Positions 17,784-26,132 of a stretch of DNA of 32,000 nt are shown here, one piece after another. This DNA comes from Microcystis aeruginosa NIES-843. GTDB lineage: Bacteria > Cyanobacteriota > Cyanobacteriia > Cyanobacteriales > Microcystaceae. Location of the stretch: the NCBI RefSeq assembly GCF_000010625.1, contig NC_010296.1:2340001-2372000 (forward strand), written 5' to 3'. Numbering within the stretch: the stretch's first letter is position 1; each line of letters begins with the position of its first letter. The notes below the pieces were generated by a model that worked only from the letters and a program-made list of their open reading frames with translations, searched no databases and was not told where the DNA came from. Position numbers and translations under genes: made by a program.

Positions 17784-17845
17784 AATATATCCGCACTGGC
17801 GAAGGGAGAAACTGTTTAATTCTCCAGAAAAGTTTTTAAGTCAAT

Positions 17846-19291
17846 TTATCCTCTGCTAGAAACTACGTCAATGGTACAGGTTTCCAGACGAGAAAAAAGA
17901 ATTATCCCACCCCCCACACCCCAGACAAGGGTGGGAAGATGTCCGGAAGGTGCTTTGAGAGAGAAAGTAATTTGATCGTAGTATAACCACTTGTTATTAA
18001 CTCGCCAACCGACTTTTGACCCAAAAGCGTTCCATTTTTGTTGGTCATAATTGCCGCTTCCTCCCAAACTTTCATAGATTCTTTTCTGAACAGATATACC
18101 GAATTTTCCCTGACTATATTTTAACCAGAGTTGATTGATAGTGGCTAAATCTTCACAGGGAAAGTTATCTATGTCTTCTATCTTAAGATATTTTTCTTTA
18201 GTTCGATCGGCAACTTTTAAGAAGAGATTAGCCGTTTCTTGATCTGCCTCTTGCCATTTTTCTTGCGCTAAGAAATCCCGTAGGTTAGTGTAATCAATTT
18301 CCTTGGCACTTTTGAGGTTAATTTCCCCCCTGGTGGCGGCTGGAAAAACTGGCAAAACCGTTTCTTGAATTGTATTCTGTGATCGGGGTTTTGGCGGAAT
18401 CACTACGGCTAATTTTACTGCTAACTCTTGTAGGAATTCCCCGGCTGATTGATAACGTTTTTTGGTGCCAAATTCAATTAATTTATCTAAAATTTTACCT
18501 AATTCAACACTAACAGGATTATTAATCAGGTGCTGTCTCCATACCCATTCATGTTCACTCACATCGAATAATTCAAAGGGAGATATTCCCGTTAATAAAT
18601 AGATACAAGTGACTCCCAAACTATATAAATCACTGCTATTAATCGCTTTGCCATTGCTTTGTTCTGGGGCGATATATCCCGCCGAACCGATCACTGTTCC
18701 TGTCAGGGAAAGGTTAGCAATGGTCATGAATTTAGAGGCACCGAAATCAACTAAAATTATTTTATTATCGCTGCGTCTCCTAATTATATTAGCTGGTTTA
18801 ATATCCCGATGAATGACTCTTTTAGCATGGATAAAATCAAGAATTGGCAAAATTTCTAATAAAAGATGTTTGATCTTTTCCTCATTGAAAACTCCCTCGC
18901 TTTGTAATTCTTGTTCTAGATTTTCTCCCTCAATATATTCTTGAACAAGATATTGTCGCCCATCATTGCTGGTAAAATAGGCATAGAGGGAGGGAATTTG
19001 TGGGTGTTGACCGAGATTATCTAAACTAATCGCTTCTTCTTTAAATAATTCCGCCGCTTTCTTGAGAGCATTACTGCCTTGAGCGCTAGGAAAAAATTGT
19101 TTAATCACACAATAAGGTTTAGAAGGTTTATCCTCATCAATTGCTTGAAAAGTTTTACCGAAACCTCCTTGACCAATTAATTTTATAGCACGATAACGAT
19201 CTTTTAGTAATAATTGAAAGCGACATTTTTGACAGAATTTATCTGTAGGATCATTGTTATATAGACAATCGGGATTAAGACATAAACTCAT
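17846..19291 (-). CDS. Ser/Thr protein kinase with N-terminal zinc ribbon and C-terminal GUN4-like domain
   Basis: Zn ribbon 'CLNPDCLYNNDPTDKFCQKC'. Kinase motifs 'GQGGFGKTF', 'HRDIKPANI', 'DFG' and 'APE'. The C-terminal 'EKWQEADQET..IDNFPCEDLATINQLWLKYSQGKFG..QKRIY' is GUN4-like. Confidence 0.85.
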   Translation of the reverse strand: MSLCLNPDCLYNNDPTDKFCQKCRFQLLLKDRYRAIKLIGQGGFGKTFQAIDEDKPSKPYCVIKQFFPSAQGSNALKKAAELFKEEAISLDNLGQHPQIPSLYAYFTSNDGRQYLVQEYIEGENLEQELQSEGVFNEEKIKHLLLEILPILDFIHAKRVIHRDIKPANIIRRRSDNKIILVDFGASKFMTIANLSLTGTVIGSAGYIAPEQSNGKAINSSDLYSLGVTCIYLLTGISPFELFDVSEHEWVWRQHLINNPVSVELGKILDKLIEFGTKKRYQSAGEFLQELAVKLAVVIPPKPRSQNTIQETVLPVFPAATRGEINLKSAKEIDYTNLRDFLAQEKWQEADQETANLFLKVADRTKEKYLKIEDIDNFPCEDLATINQLWLKYSQGKFGISVQKRIYESLGGSGNYDQQKWNAFGSKVGWRVNNKWLYYDQITFSLKAPSGHLPTLVWGVGGGIILFSRLETCTIDVVSSRG

Positions 19292-19337
19292 GGCTTGTTT
19301 AAACAGGGATAGGGAAGATGTTTCAGTGAGCAGTAAA

Positions 19338-19372
19338 CTGATAACTGATAACTGATAACTGATAACTGATAG
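19338..19372. repeat. Heptamer microsatellite (CTGATAA) x5
   Basis: Read directly. It begins immediately after the sbcD stop codon (19373-19375) and lies upstream of the kinase start (19291). Confidence 0.95.
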
Positions 19373-20626
19373 CTAAATCGAGGTTTCTTCCTCTAGCCAA
19401 ATTTCTGGCTGTTGATTTAATAAAAGCTGGGCTGCCTCTAACATATCATCGACAATATCCCGCAAATCTGTCTTATTATCGATATAAGCTTTTAACGCCT
19501 CCATCGGATCTAATTGATTACCCACCCCTAATTCCGGTAAACGGGGACGGGTTAATTGACTAATTAATTCCGCCCGAATACTATAACTATGGGCAGTTTT
19601 TAATGCCTCGTCAAGCTGATTGGTGTTGATTAGTTCTAATTGTTCACTGCGAATTTTATAAACTAAGCGGATAACTGCTTCCTGAATATCGTGTTTTTTG
19701 AGAGCTTTCAGCAATTCTTTTTGGGGGTTTTCTGCCTCGGAAACATCCACTTCGATGGAACGGAAAGGACGCACGGGTAAAGGACAAAATTCCCATTTAA
19801 CCTCTCCTTTAGCCACTTCTATTAAAACATAGCCCTTATCTTCTTTTTCCTCGCTAAAATCCACTCGATCGATGCTGCCCGGATAGACAATAGGCGGATC
19901 ATTGCTAGGATTAAGATTTTGGTGTTTGTGAACATGACCAAGGGCAACATACTCGAATTGTGGACGATTTAGCAACGATAAAGGCACAGTAAAACCTTTA
20001 CCAACCGCTAAAAATCTTTCTGCTCCTAAACTAGCTCGATCGGCCATTAAATGGGCTAATAAAACTGTTGGTACACTTGTATCTAATTGGCGAATTTCTC
20101 CTTCTAAAACCGGTTCTAAACGGTTAATTAACAATTCATTTACCCCACTCAAGGATAAACCCTCGGTTTCGGGACGGGTTAAGAGAGTGGCGCGGGTTAA
20201 CCAAGGTAAAGTAATTACTTGGATATCGCCGTTGCGAGTGGTGATGCGATGGGTGGTCAGGCGATCGCCAACAATAAACCCTGGCACCGCTAGGGTACGA
20301 TAGATGGAGAGACTGACACCGCCATTACCCTGAGAATGTTGATCGTGATTACCCACTAATAACACCGTCGGGATCTTAGCATCGGCAAGACGACGGAATT
20401 GACTGGCAAAAGCTTCGTGGACAAAAGGAGGGGGAGTGGCATCGGGAAAGGCATCTCCCCCAAAAAGCACTAGATCCACAGGGGAGGCAATAGCCCGATC
20501 GATACAGAGGCTTAAACTGCCCATAAAATCCTCTAAACGCGTGTTTAATCCCGTTTTTGGATTTAAACGTCCATGGGAAAAACCGCTCCCCATGTGAATA
20601 TCCGATAAGTGCAGTATTTTAATCAT
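19373..20626 (-). CDS. sbcD: Exonuclease SbcD (Mre11-type phosphoesterase)
   Basis: 'MIKILHLSDIHMG', 'GGDAFP', 'GNHD' and 'LGHVH'. The start is taken at the internal ATG (20624-20626) rather than the track start 20653. No sbcC is adjacent. Confidence 0.85.
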   Translation of the reverse strand: MIKILHLSDIHMGSGFSHGRLNPKTGLNTRLEDFMGSLSLCIDRAIASPVDLVLFGGDAFPDATPPPFVHEAFASQFRRLADAKIPTVLLVGNHDQHSQGNGGVSLSIYRTLAVPGFIVGDRLTTHRITTRNGDIQVITLPWLTRATLLTRPETEGLSLSGVNELLINRLEPVLEGEIRQLDTSVPTVLLAHLMADRASLGAERFLAVGKGFTVPLSLLNRPQFEYVALGHVHKHQNLNPSNDPPIVYPGSIDRVDFSEEKEDKGYVLIEVAKGEVKWEFCPLPVRPFRSIEVDVSEAENPQKELLKALKKHDIQEAVIRLVYKIRSEQLELINTNQLDEALKTAHSYSIRAELISQLTRPRLPELGVGNQLDPMEALKAYIDNKTDLRDIVDDMLEAAQLLLNQQPEIWLEEETSI

Positions 20627-20937
20627 AAGTAGTAGGCAAAAGGCAAGAGGCAAAAGGCAAGAGGTGGTGAGATATGTCTAATTAATTGCGTCTAGCTACT
20701 TAAGACCTCCTGAAAAAGTAAGTTCTCGAACCGCTATCTAGTCAAAATATCTAAAAACTCAGATAAATCTGACATAATCTTAGGTTTTGTGGATAGCATA
20801 GTTGTTTCTTGTCTTTTTTATCCTCCTGTCTCGGATTATCCTATCGACCGTCTCCTCACCTAACGGAAGATTTTTGATTTTTGCAGGAAATCTATAGTAA
20901 AGGAAAAACAGGCGCAATTAAGTACACCTGTTCAGGA

Positions 20938-21081
20938 TTATTTTCCTAATTTTTTATCGCCATCTTGACGACGGCGATCGCGCCATTCTGTAGTCGTCAG
21001 GTAGAGAATGCCACCACTGACGATAACGAGGAGAATTAAGGCGACTAGAAAGAGAGTGTTGAGAATCAAGGATGTTTCCAT
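20938..21081 (-). CDS. Possible 47-aa single-TM protein 16 nt downstream of petN (below the ORF-track cutoff)
   Basis: My manual translation is METSLILNTLFLVALILLVIVSGGILYLTTTEWRDRRRQDGDKKLGK: one hydrophobic helix plus a basic tail, co-directional with petN. Confidence 0.4.
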   Translation of the reverse strand: METSLILNTLFLVALILLVIVSGGILYLTTTEWRDRRRQDGDKKLGK

Positions 21082-21097
21082 GGTATCTATAGATTAC

Positions 21098-21187
21098 CTA
21101 GAAACCGTTACGACCCCAAACCACCATGGCGATCGACCAAGTGAACAGGGCGAGAATGCTAACCCAACCAAGTGTCAAAATATCCAT
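21098..21187 (-). CDS. petN: Cytochrome b6-f complex subunit 8 (PetN), 29 aa
   Basis: My manual translation [29 protein letters not shown] matches the conserved PetN sequence. It is missed by the ORF track, which shows the antisense ORF 21008-21202 instead. Confidence 0.9.
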   Translation of the reverse strand: MDILTLGWVSILALFTWSIAMVVWGRNGF

Positions 21188-21272
21188 AATTGCCTTTGTT
21201 AAACGAAATACTTAGGAGATAACTACTCAATTTATAATACTTCATCAGTGACTCCGTTTTAGAGAGGCGATC

Positions 21273-21668
21273 ATGCAAATTACGCTCAAGGAAAGAATCG
21301 AATCCATACAGGTGGGGAGTATCTCGGCTCTGGCTTTCCTGGTTCCCTATCTGCTATTTTTAACTGTTGAGCGACTATTGTTAGGGGAATCGATCACATT
21401 AATTGGCGCTTTTGTCAAGATATCCGGGGCGATAATTAGCGGATTTCTCTTCGGTGTCACCTATCGTTATGTCGTCCGTAACGATGATAATCCCCATCTC
21501 AAAGATGGTACAGTAGCAGCTTTTGCCCTAGTCCGCGGCCTAGTTCCCCTACAATTATCCACAGACTTGATCGCTGACAGTGGGCAATTAAGTCTCTTTC
21601 TGGGAGAGAGCTTTATCTGTTTTTTATCCTCTCGTCTGCTGTTAGAGTTGACTAAGCTGCGCCCATAA
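21273..21668 (+). CDS. Hypothetical membrane protein
   Basis: 131 aa with 3-4 hydrophobic segments and no recognisable family. Confidence 0.5.
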   Translation: MQITLKERIESIQVGSISALAFLVPYLLFLTVERLLLGESITLIGAFVKISGAIISGFLFGVTYRYVVRNDDNPHLKDGTVAAFALVRGLVPLQLSTDLIADSGQLSLFLGESFICFLSSRLLLELTKLRP

Positions 21669-21689
21669 CCAATCATCTTTTTGGCTATC

Positions 21690-21771
21690 GGGAGATAGGA
21701 GTCGGTCGTCAGGAGTCAGGAGATAGGAGTCAGGAGATAGGAGTCAGGAGATAGGAGTCAGGAGACAGGAG
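21690..21771. repeat. Tandem (GTCAGGAGATAGGA)-type 14-bp/7-bp repeats
   Basis: Read directly. The units are the reverse complement of the CTCCTGT/CTCCTAT family at 13374-13408. Confidence 0.9.
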
Positions 21772-21787
21772 ATTATTTTATTTATTC

Positions 21788-21917
21788 TCCCCACACCCCA
21801 CACCCCACACCCCACACCCCACTTCCCCACACCCCACACCCCACACCCCACACCCCACACCCCACTTCCCCACTTCCCCACTTCCCCACTTCCCCACTTC
21901 CCCACACCCCACACCCT
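21788..21917. repeat. ~130-bp array of CCCCACAC / CCCCACTT octamers ending at the aroB start codon
   Basis: Read directly. The array runs without interruption to ...CCCCACACCCT-ATG (21918). Confidence 0.95.
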
Positions 21918-23018
21918 ATGGCTATTTGTATTCCCGTTAATTTACCCGATCGCTCCTATAATATTCTGATCGAGAAGGGCAGTTTAGCTAATCTCGGTGG
22001 AGAAATGAGCCAGTTAAGCTTAGGTAAAAAGGTTTTATTGGTTTCTAATCCCGAAATTTTTGACTATTACGGGCAGATAGCCGTTAATTCCCTAGAAAAA
22101 GCGGGATTTGCCGTTTTTACTCATCTGATCCCCGCCGGCGAAAATTATAAAACCCTCGATGCGATCGCCCAAGTTTATGATAGCGCCCTCGCTCACCGGT
22201 TGGAACGTTCCTCGACTATGGTTGCCCTCGGTGGTGGTGTAATCGGGGATATGACGGGATTTGCGGCAGCCACATGGTTACGGGGCGTTAATTTTGTCCA
22301 AGTTCCCACCACCCTGTTAGCGATGGTGGACGCTTCCATCGGGGGTAAAACTGGTGTCAATCATCCCCAGGGCAAAAATCTGATCGGGGCGTTTTATCAA
22401 CCGAAATTAGTTCTGATCGATCCTGACGTGCTTAAAACCCTACCCGTGCGAGAATTTCGGGCTGGAATGGCAGAAGTGATTAAATACGGTGTAATTTGGG
22501 ATGCTGAGTTATTTCAACAGTTAGAAGACTCGGACAATTTAGCTAGTTTTTCTCAGATCGATGGCGAGCTATTGCAAACAATTATTACAAAGTCTTGCCA
22601 AGCTAAAGCAGATGTGGTAAGCAAAGACGAAAAAGAAGCGGGTTTGCGGGCGATCTTAAACTATGGTCACACGATCGCCCACGGCATTGAAAGTTTAACG
22701 GGATATACTAGCGTTAACCACGGGGAAGCGGTGGCCCTGGGGATGGTGGCGGCAGGAGCGATCGCTGTTAAACTGGGAATGTGGACCGCCGGGGAAAATC
22801 AACGTCAAACCGATCTAATCGAAAAAGCCGCCTTAGAAACCCGTATGCCGCCTTTAAATGCCGATGAGATGGTAAATGCTCTCACTGCCGATAAAAAGGT
22901 TAAAGATGGCCAAGTTAGATTTATTTTACCAACGGCGATCGGCCAAGTCACCATTAGCGATCGAGTCACCCCCACCCTGGTGCGCGAGGTGTTATCACCA
23001 ACCGAATCCGGGCAGTAA
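21918..23018 (+). CDS. aroB: 3-dehydroquinate synthase
   Basis: '[58 protein letters not shown]' and '[12 protein letters not shown]' are characteristic AroB motifs. Confidence 0.95.
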   Translation: MAICIPVNLPDRSYNILIEKGSLANLGGEMSQLSLGKKVLLVSNPEIFDYYGQIAVNSLEKAGFAVFTHLIPAGENYKTLDAIAQVYDSALAHRLERSSTMVALGGGVIGDMTGFAAATWLRGVNFVQVPTTLLAMVDASIGGKTGVNHPQGKNLIGAFYQPKLVLIDPDVLKTLPVREFRAGMAEVIKYGVIWDAELFQQLEDSDNLASFSQIDGELLQTIITKSCQAKADVVSKDEKEAGLRAILNYGHTIAHGIESLTGYTSVNHGEAVALGMVAAGAIAVKLGMWTAGENQRQTDLIEKAALETRMPPLNADEMVNALTADKKVKDGQVRFILPTAIGQVTISDRVTPTLVREVLSPTESGQ

Positions 23019-24131
23019 AAGCTTTTTCAATTGTTGCATCGCTTGTTCCGTAACATCCCGGTATTTTAAATCTCCCACGAGAATACGTCCCATCAGTTGA
23101 CCGGCGATCGGGCGTTTAACGGCGATATTGTAGGCGATTTGGGTAAATTGATAGAATAAACCGGCTAATTTGGCCGCTAAAGCCATATCTTCCCCCCATT
23201 CTTCCCGAATTATCCGACTATAGCCTGCTAAAGCCTGATTATCTCCGGCTAAAGCTCGATCGATCGCCTCGGCTGCCTTAACTCCCGTCAAAATTGCCGG
23301 ACGGATACCCTCACCGATGAGAGGATCGAGAATACCCGCCGCTTCTCCTGTAATTAGGGCATTTTGGGCGTGTAGCGGTTTATTTCCGTTCCAAAGGGCT
23401 AAAGCATACTCACTATAGCGATAATCCTCTAAATTCCAGCCCTTTTGACGGGCATAATTTAACAGTTGTTTTTTCAGCTCCTCGGATTTGATGCTGCCCT
23501 TAAAACAACCACCGCTAATTGTGTAACCATTAGACTTGGGAAAAGCCCAGATATAACCATTTTTTAGGGAACCAAAATCAAAAAAAGCTTTTTGGGGTGG
23601 AATAGTCGCTTCTGCGTTAGTAATTTCCAGAGTAGCCCCGATCGCTTGGTTTTTCGCCGGTAATCCCAACCAGCGACTGGTATTACCCTTAACACCATCG
23701 GCAGCAATCAGATATTTACCTGAAAATGTTCCTTGGGATGTGGTAACTTGCCAGTGATCTTGAACGAATTTGATCTGGGTAACTTCGCTGTTATCTTGGA
23801 TGGTTGCCCCGACTGCGATCGCCTGTTGACCTAAAAAATCATCGAAACGATCCCTTTGTACCATCCACATCGGTTCTAGCATATTTAACTTAGTGGTGGC
23901 GGCATCCCCCTGTTTCCAAGTAAACTCCACTTGGGTGACGGTATTCTCAATCACGGGGGTAAAGTCAAAATCAAACCACTGCTTAATTGCTGGGGATACC
24001 CCACCACCACAGGGTTTATAACGGGGTAATTTCGCTTTATCGAGGATCAGGATCGTTCGCCCCTTTTTAGCTAGATGATAACCCGCCGTCGCTCCTGCTG
24101 GTCCCGCACCGATGATAATACAGTCAAACAT
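22995..24131 (-). CDS. FAD-dependent oxidoreductase, geranylgeranyl reductase family
   Basis: N-terminal '[32 protein letters not shown]...YKPCGGGVS' and 'ADGVKG'. It is convergent with aroB and overlaps it by 24 nt. Confidence 0.8.
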   Translation of the reverse strand: MFDCIIIGAGPAGATAGYHLAKKGRTILILDKAKLPRYKPCGGGVSPAIKQWFDFDFTPVIENTVTQVEFTWKQGDAATTKLNMLEPMWMVQRDRFDDFLGQQAIAVGATIQDNSEVTQIKFVQDHWQVTTSQGTFSGKYLIAADGVKGNTSRWLGLPAKNQAIGATLEITNAEATIPPQKAFFDFGSLKNGYIWAFPKSNGYTISGGCFKGSIKSEELKKQLLNYARQKGWNLEDYRYSEYALALWNGNKPLHAQNALITGEAAGILDPLIGEGIRPAILTGVKAAEAIDRALAGDNQALAGYSRIIREEWGEDMALAAKLAGLFYQFTQIAYNIAVKRPIAGQLMGRILVGDLKYRDVTEQAMQQLKKLLLPGFGW

Positions 24132-24370
24132 TTGTACTAATTTAAGTTGTTGAACAAATTTATAGACAATTTACGCTATTTTGTCCAACTTGTGTTGAGT
24201 CTGGTGACGCTCAGAGGGGATTCTGTCATTGTTGAGCTTGCCTCTCTAGTTTCTAGTTGATTTATCCCCCCATGTCCAAGAGAACCTAATCTCTGGCTTT
24301 TTTGACTAATTGATCAATCTTCACATGATCAATCGTATAATCAAAAAAACTATAACTGCTTGATTATATC

Positions 24371-25555
24371 ATGAAAATTGTTTCTATTAAAATAAAAAAC
24401 TATCGTATGTTTAAAAACATACACATAAGAGATATTCCTCCTTTTTGTGTGATTATTGGAGCTAACGGCACGGGAAAATCTACTCTATTTGATATTTTTG
24501 GGTTTCTGCGAGATGCCCTTAAAAACAACATTCGCCAAGCTTTACAAATTCGCGGCGGTTATAGAGAAATTATCACTAGAGGTCAAGAACAGGAAGATAT
24601 TGAAATCGAGCTGCAATTTCCCATGAAAATCTTAGATACAGAACGTCTGGTTACTTATCAAATCATAATTGGACAAAACAATAATCGCCCCGTTATCAAA
24701 CGCGAAATACTTCGCTATAAACGGGGTGAACACGGTAAACCTTTTCATTTTTTAGATTTTCAACTTGGTCAAGGATATGCTATCACCAACGAAGAAGATT
24801 TTAGTAAACCGGATAAAGAACTCGATCGAGAAGAACAACAGCTAGAATCTAACGATATACTAGCAATCAAAGGATTAGGACAATTTCAACGTTTTAAAGC
24901 CGCTACAGCCTTTCGTTCTCTGATTGAAAATTGGCACGTTTCTGACTTTCATATTAGCGAAGCTAGAGGAAGTAAAGAAATATCTTATGCTGAACACTTA
25001 TCCCCCACTGGCGACAATATAGCTACAGTTGCTCAATATATTTATCAACAATATCCCAAAATTTTTCAGCAAATTCTCGAAAAAATGAAACAACGAGTTC
25101 CGGGTATTTCCTCTGTGGAAGCCAAAGAAACCGAAGACGGTCGCTTGATTTTACGTTTTCAAGATCAGGCCTTTAAAGACCCTTTTATTGATCGCTATGT
25201 TTCTGACGGGACTATGAAAATGTTCGCTTATTTAATATTACTATTCGATCCCAATCCTCATCCCCTACTCTGTGTCGAAGAACCAGAAAACCAACTTTAT
25301 CCTACTTTATTAAAAGAACTAGCCGAAGAATTCGCCCACTATAGCGATCAGGGGGGTCAGGTATTTGTTTCTAGCCACTCCCCCGATTTTATCAATGCGG
25401 TTCCACTAGCTAGTATTTTCTGGCTAATTAAATCCCAAGGTATCACCCAAATCCATAGGGCTACCGATAGCGAAATCCTCAAAAACTTAGTAGCGGCAGG
25501 CGATTTACCCGGCTATCTTTGGAATCAAGGCTGGTTTAAAGGAGTAGAACCCTAA
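24371..25555 (+). CDS. ABC-type (AAA_21-like) ATPase, SMC/OLD-ATPase-like
   Basis: N-terminal 'IKIKNYRMFKN..' with Walker A 'GANGTGKST' (24458-24484). Also present are the signature-like 'VSDGTMKMFAYL', Walker B 'LLCVEEPENQLYP' and H-loop 'VFVSSHSPDF'. Confidence 0.8.
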   Translation: MKIVSIKIKNYRMFKNIHIRDIPPFCVIIGANGTGKSTLFDIFGFLRDALKNNIRQALQIRGGYREIITRGQEQEDIEIELQFPMKILDTERLVTYQIIIGQNNNRPVIKREILRYKRGEHGKPFHFLDFQLGQGYAITNEEDFSKPDKELDREEQQLESNDILAIKGLGQFQRFKAATAFRSLIENWHVSDFHISEARGSKEISYAEHLSPTGDNIATVAQYIYQQYPKIFQQILEKMKQRVPGISSVEAKETEDGRLILRFQDQAFKDPFIDRYVSDGTMKMFAYLILLFDPNPHPLLCVEEPENQLYPTLLKELAEEFAHYSDQGGQVFVSSHSPDFINAVPLASIFWLIKSQGITQIHRATDSEILKNLVAAGDLPGYLWNQGWFKGVEP

Positions 25556-26073
25556 TGAACTATGATATCGTATTTTTGCTAGAAGAGTCATCTATAAAAA
25601 ATGTGTTAGAAGAACTTTTGCCTAAGCTTATTCCCCCAGAAATCAGCTATAAATGTATTAGTCATCAAGGTAAACAAGACCTAGCCAAATCTATTCCTAG
25701 AAAACTCAAAGCTTTCAAGAACTCTAGTCCCAATACCAAATTTATTATTGTTCACGATCAGGATTCCCACGACTGTCAAAAACTCAAAAAAGACCTAGGG
25801 GAAATTTGTCAAAATGCCAGTGATGCTCAAGTCTTAATTCGGATTATTTGTCATGAATTAGAATCTTGGTTTCTGGGAGATTTAGCAGCGGTGGCCAAGG
25901 CGTATAATTTAAATAGTCTCGGCCAAAAACAAAATAAAAGTAAATACAGAGAACCAGACCAGCTTAACTCGGCTAAACAAGAATTAACAAAGCTAGTGAA
26001 AGAGTATTATGCAGGAACCCACTCTAAACAGATTGCCCCCCATCTTTTCCTAACTGAAAATAAATCCCTTTGA
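25555..26073 (+). CDS. DUF4276-type protein (Toprim-like acidic motifs)
   Basis: The start overlaps the ATPase stop (TAATG). 'IVFLLEESS', 'FIIVHDQDSHD' and 'CHELESWFLGD' fit the pattern I recall for DUF4276, and the E...DxD layout is Toprim-like. The family call is from memory and is unverified. Confidence 0.65.
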   Translation: MNYDIVFLLEESSIKNVLEELLPKLIPPEISYKCISHQGKQDLAKSIPRKLKAFKNSSPNTKFIIVHDQDSHDCQKLKKDLGEICQNASDAQVLIRIICHELESWFLGDLAAVAKAYNLNSLGQKQNKSKYREPDQLNSAKQELTKLVKEYYAGTHSKQIAPHLFLTENKSL

Positions 26074-26132
26074 CCACTGCTGTTATTGTATGTCTTGAAT
26101 CCGCAAAGGTCTGTATAATTTAGCCAATAAAA

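Larger units (their letters stand above)
16166..17839 (+). pseudogene. RsbW/SpoIIAB-type HATPase serine kinase (anti-sigma-like), split by an IS insertion
   Basis: The GTG start overlaps the upstream gene by 14 nt. N box 'LAEGFTNTVRYAH', 'IWDHGQPFD' and 'DRGLLFMRSLTDSLQ' are present. The frame resumes after the IS at 17788 as 'YIRTGEGRNCLILQKSF*' (stop 17837-17839). Confidence 0.8.

Noticed and set aside
19373-20626. sbcD without an adjacent sbcC
   Set aside because: This was noted, but split sbcC/sbcD loci occur, and sbcC may lie outside the window. It is not evidence of anything unusual here.
21008-21202. 64-aa plus-strand ORF
   Set aside because: It is antisense to petN and the small downstream ORF. 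The PetN translation on the minus strand is unmistakable.
22995-23018. 24-nt convergent overlap of aroB and the geranylgeranyl-reductase-family gene
   Set aside because: The overlap is real but is an ordinary compact convergent arrangement. No hairpin or special signal was seen in the overlap.
24302-24341. Candidate promoter for the ATPase operon (TTGACT / TTGATC ... TATAAT, with direct repeat TGATCAATC x2)
   Set aside because: The spacing between the -35-like hexamers and TATAAT is 28 or 20 nt, not 17 +/- 1. I cannot support a promoter call from sequence alone.
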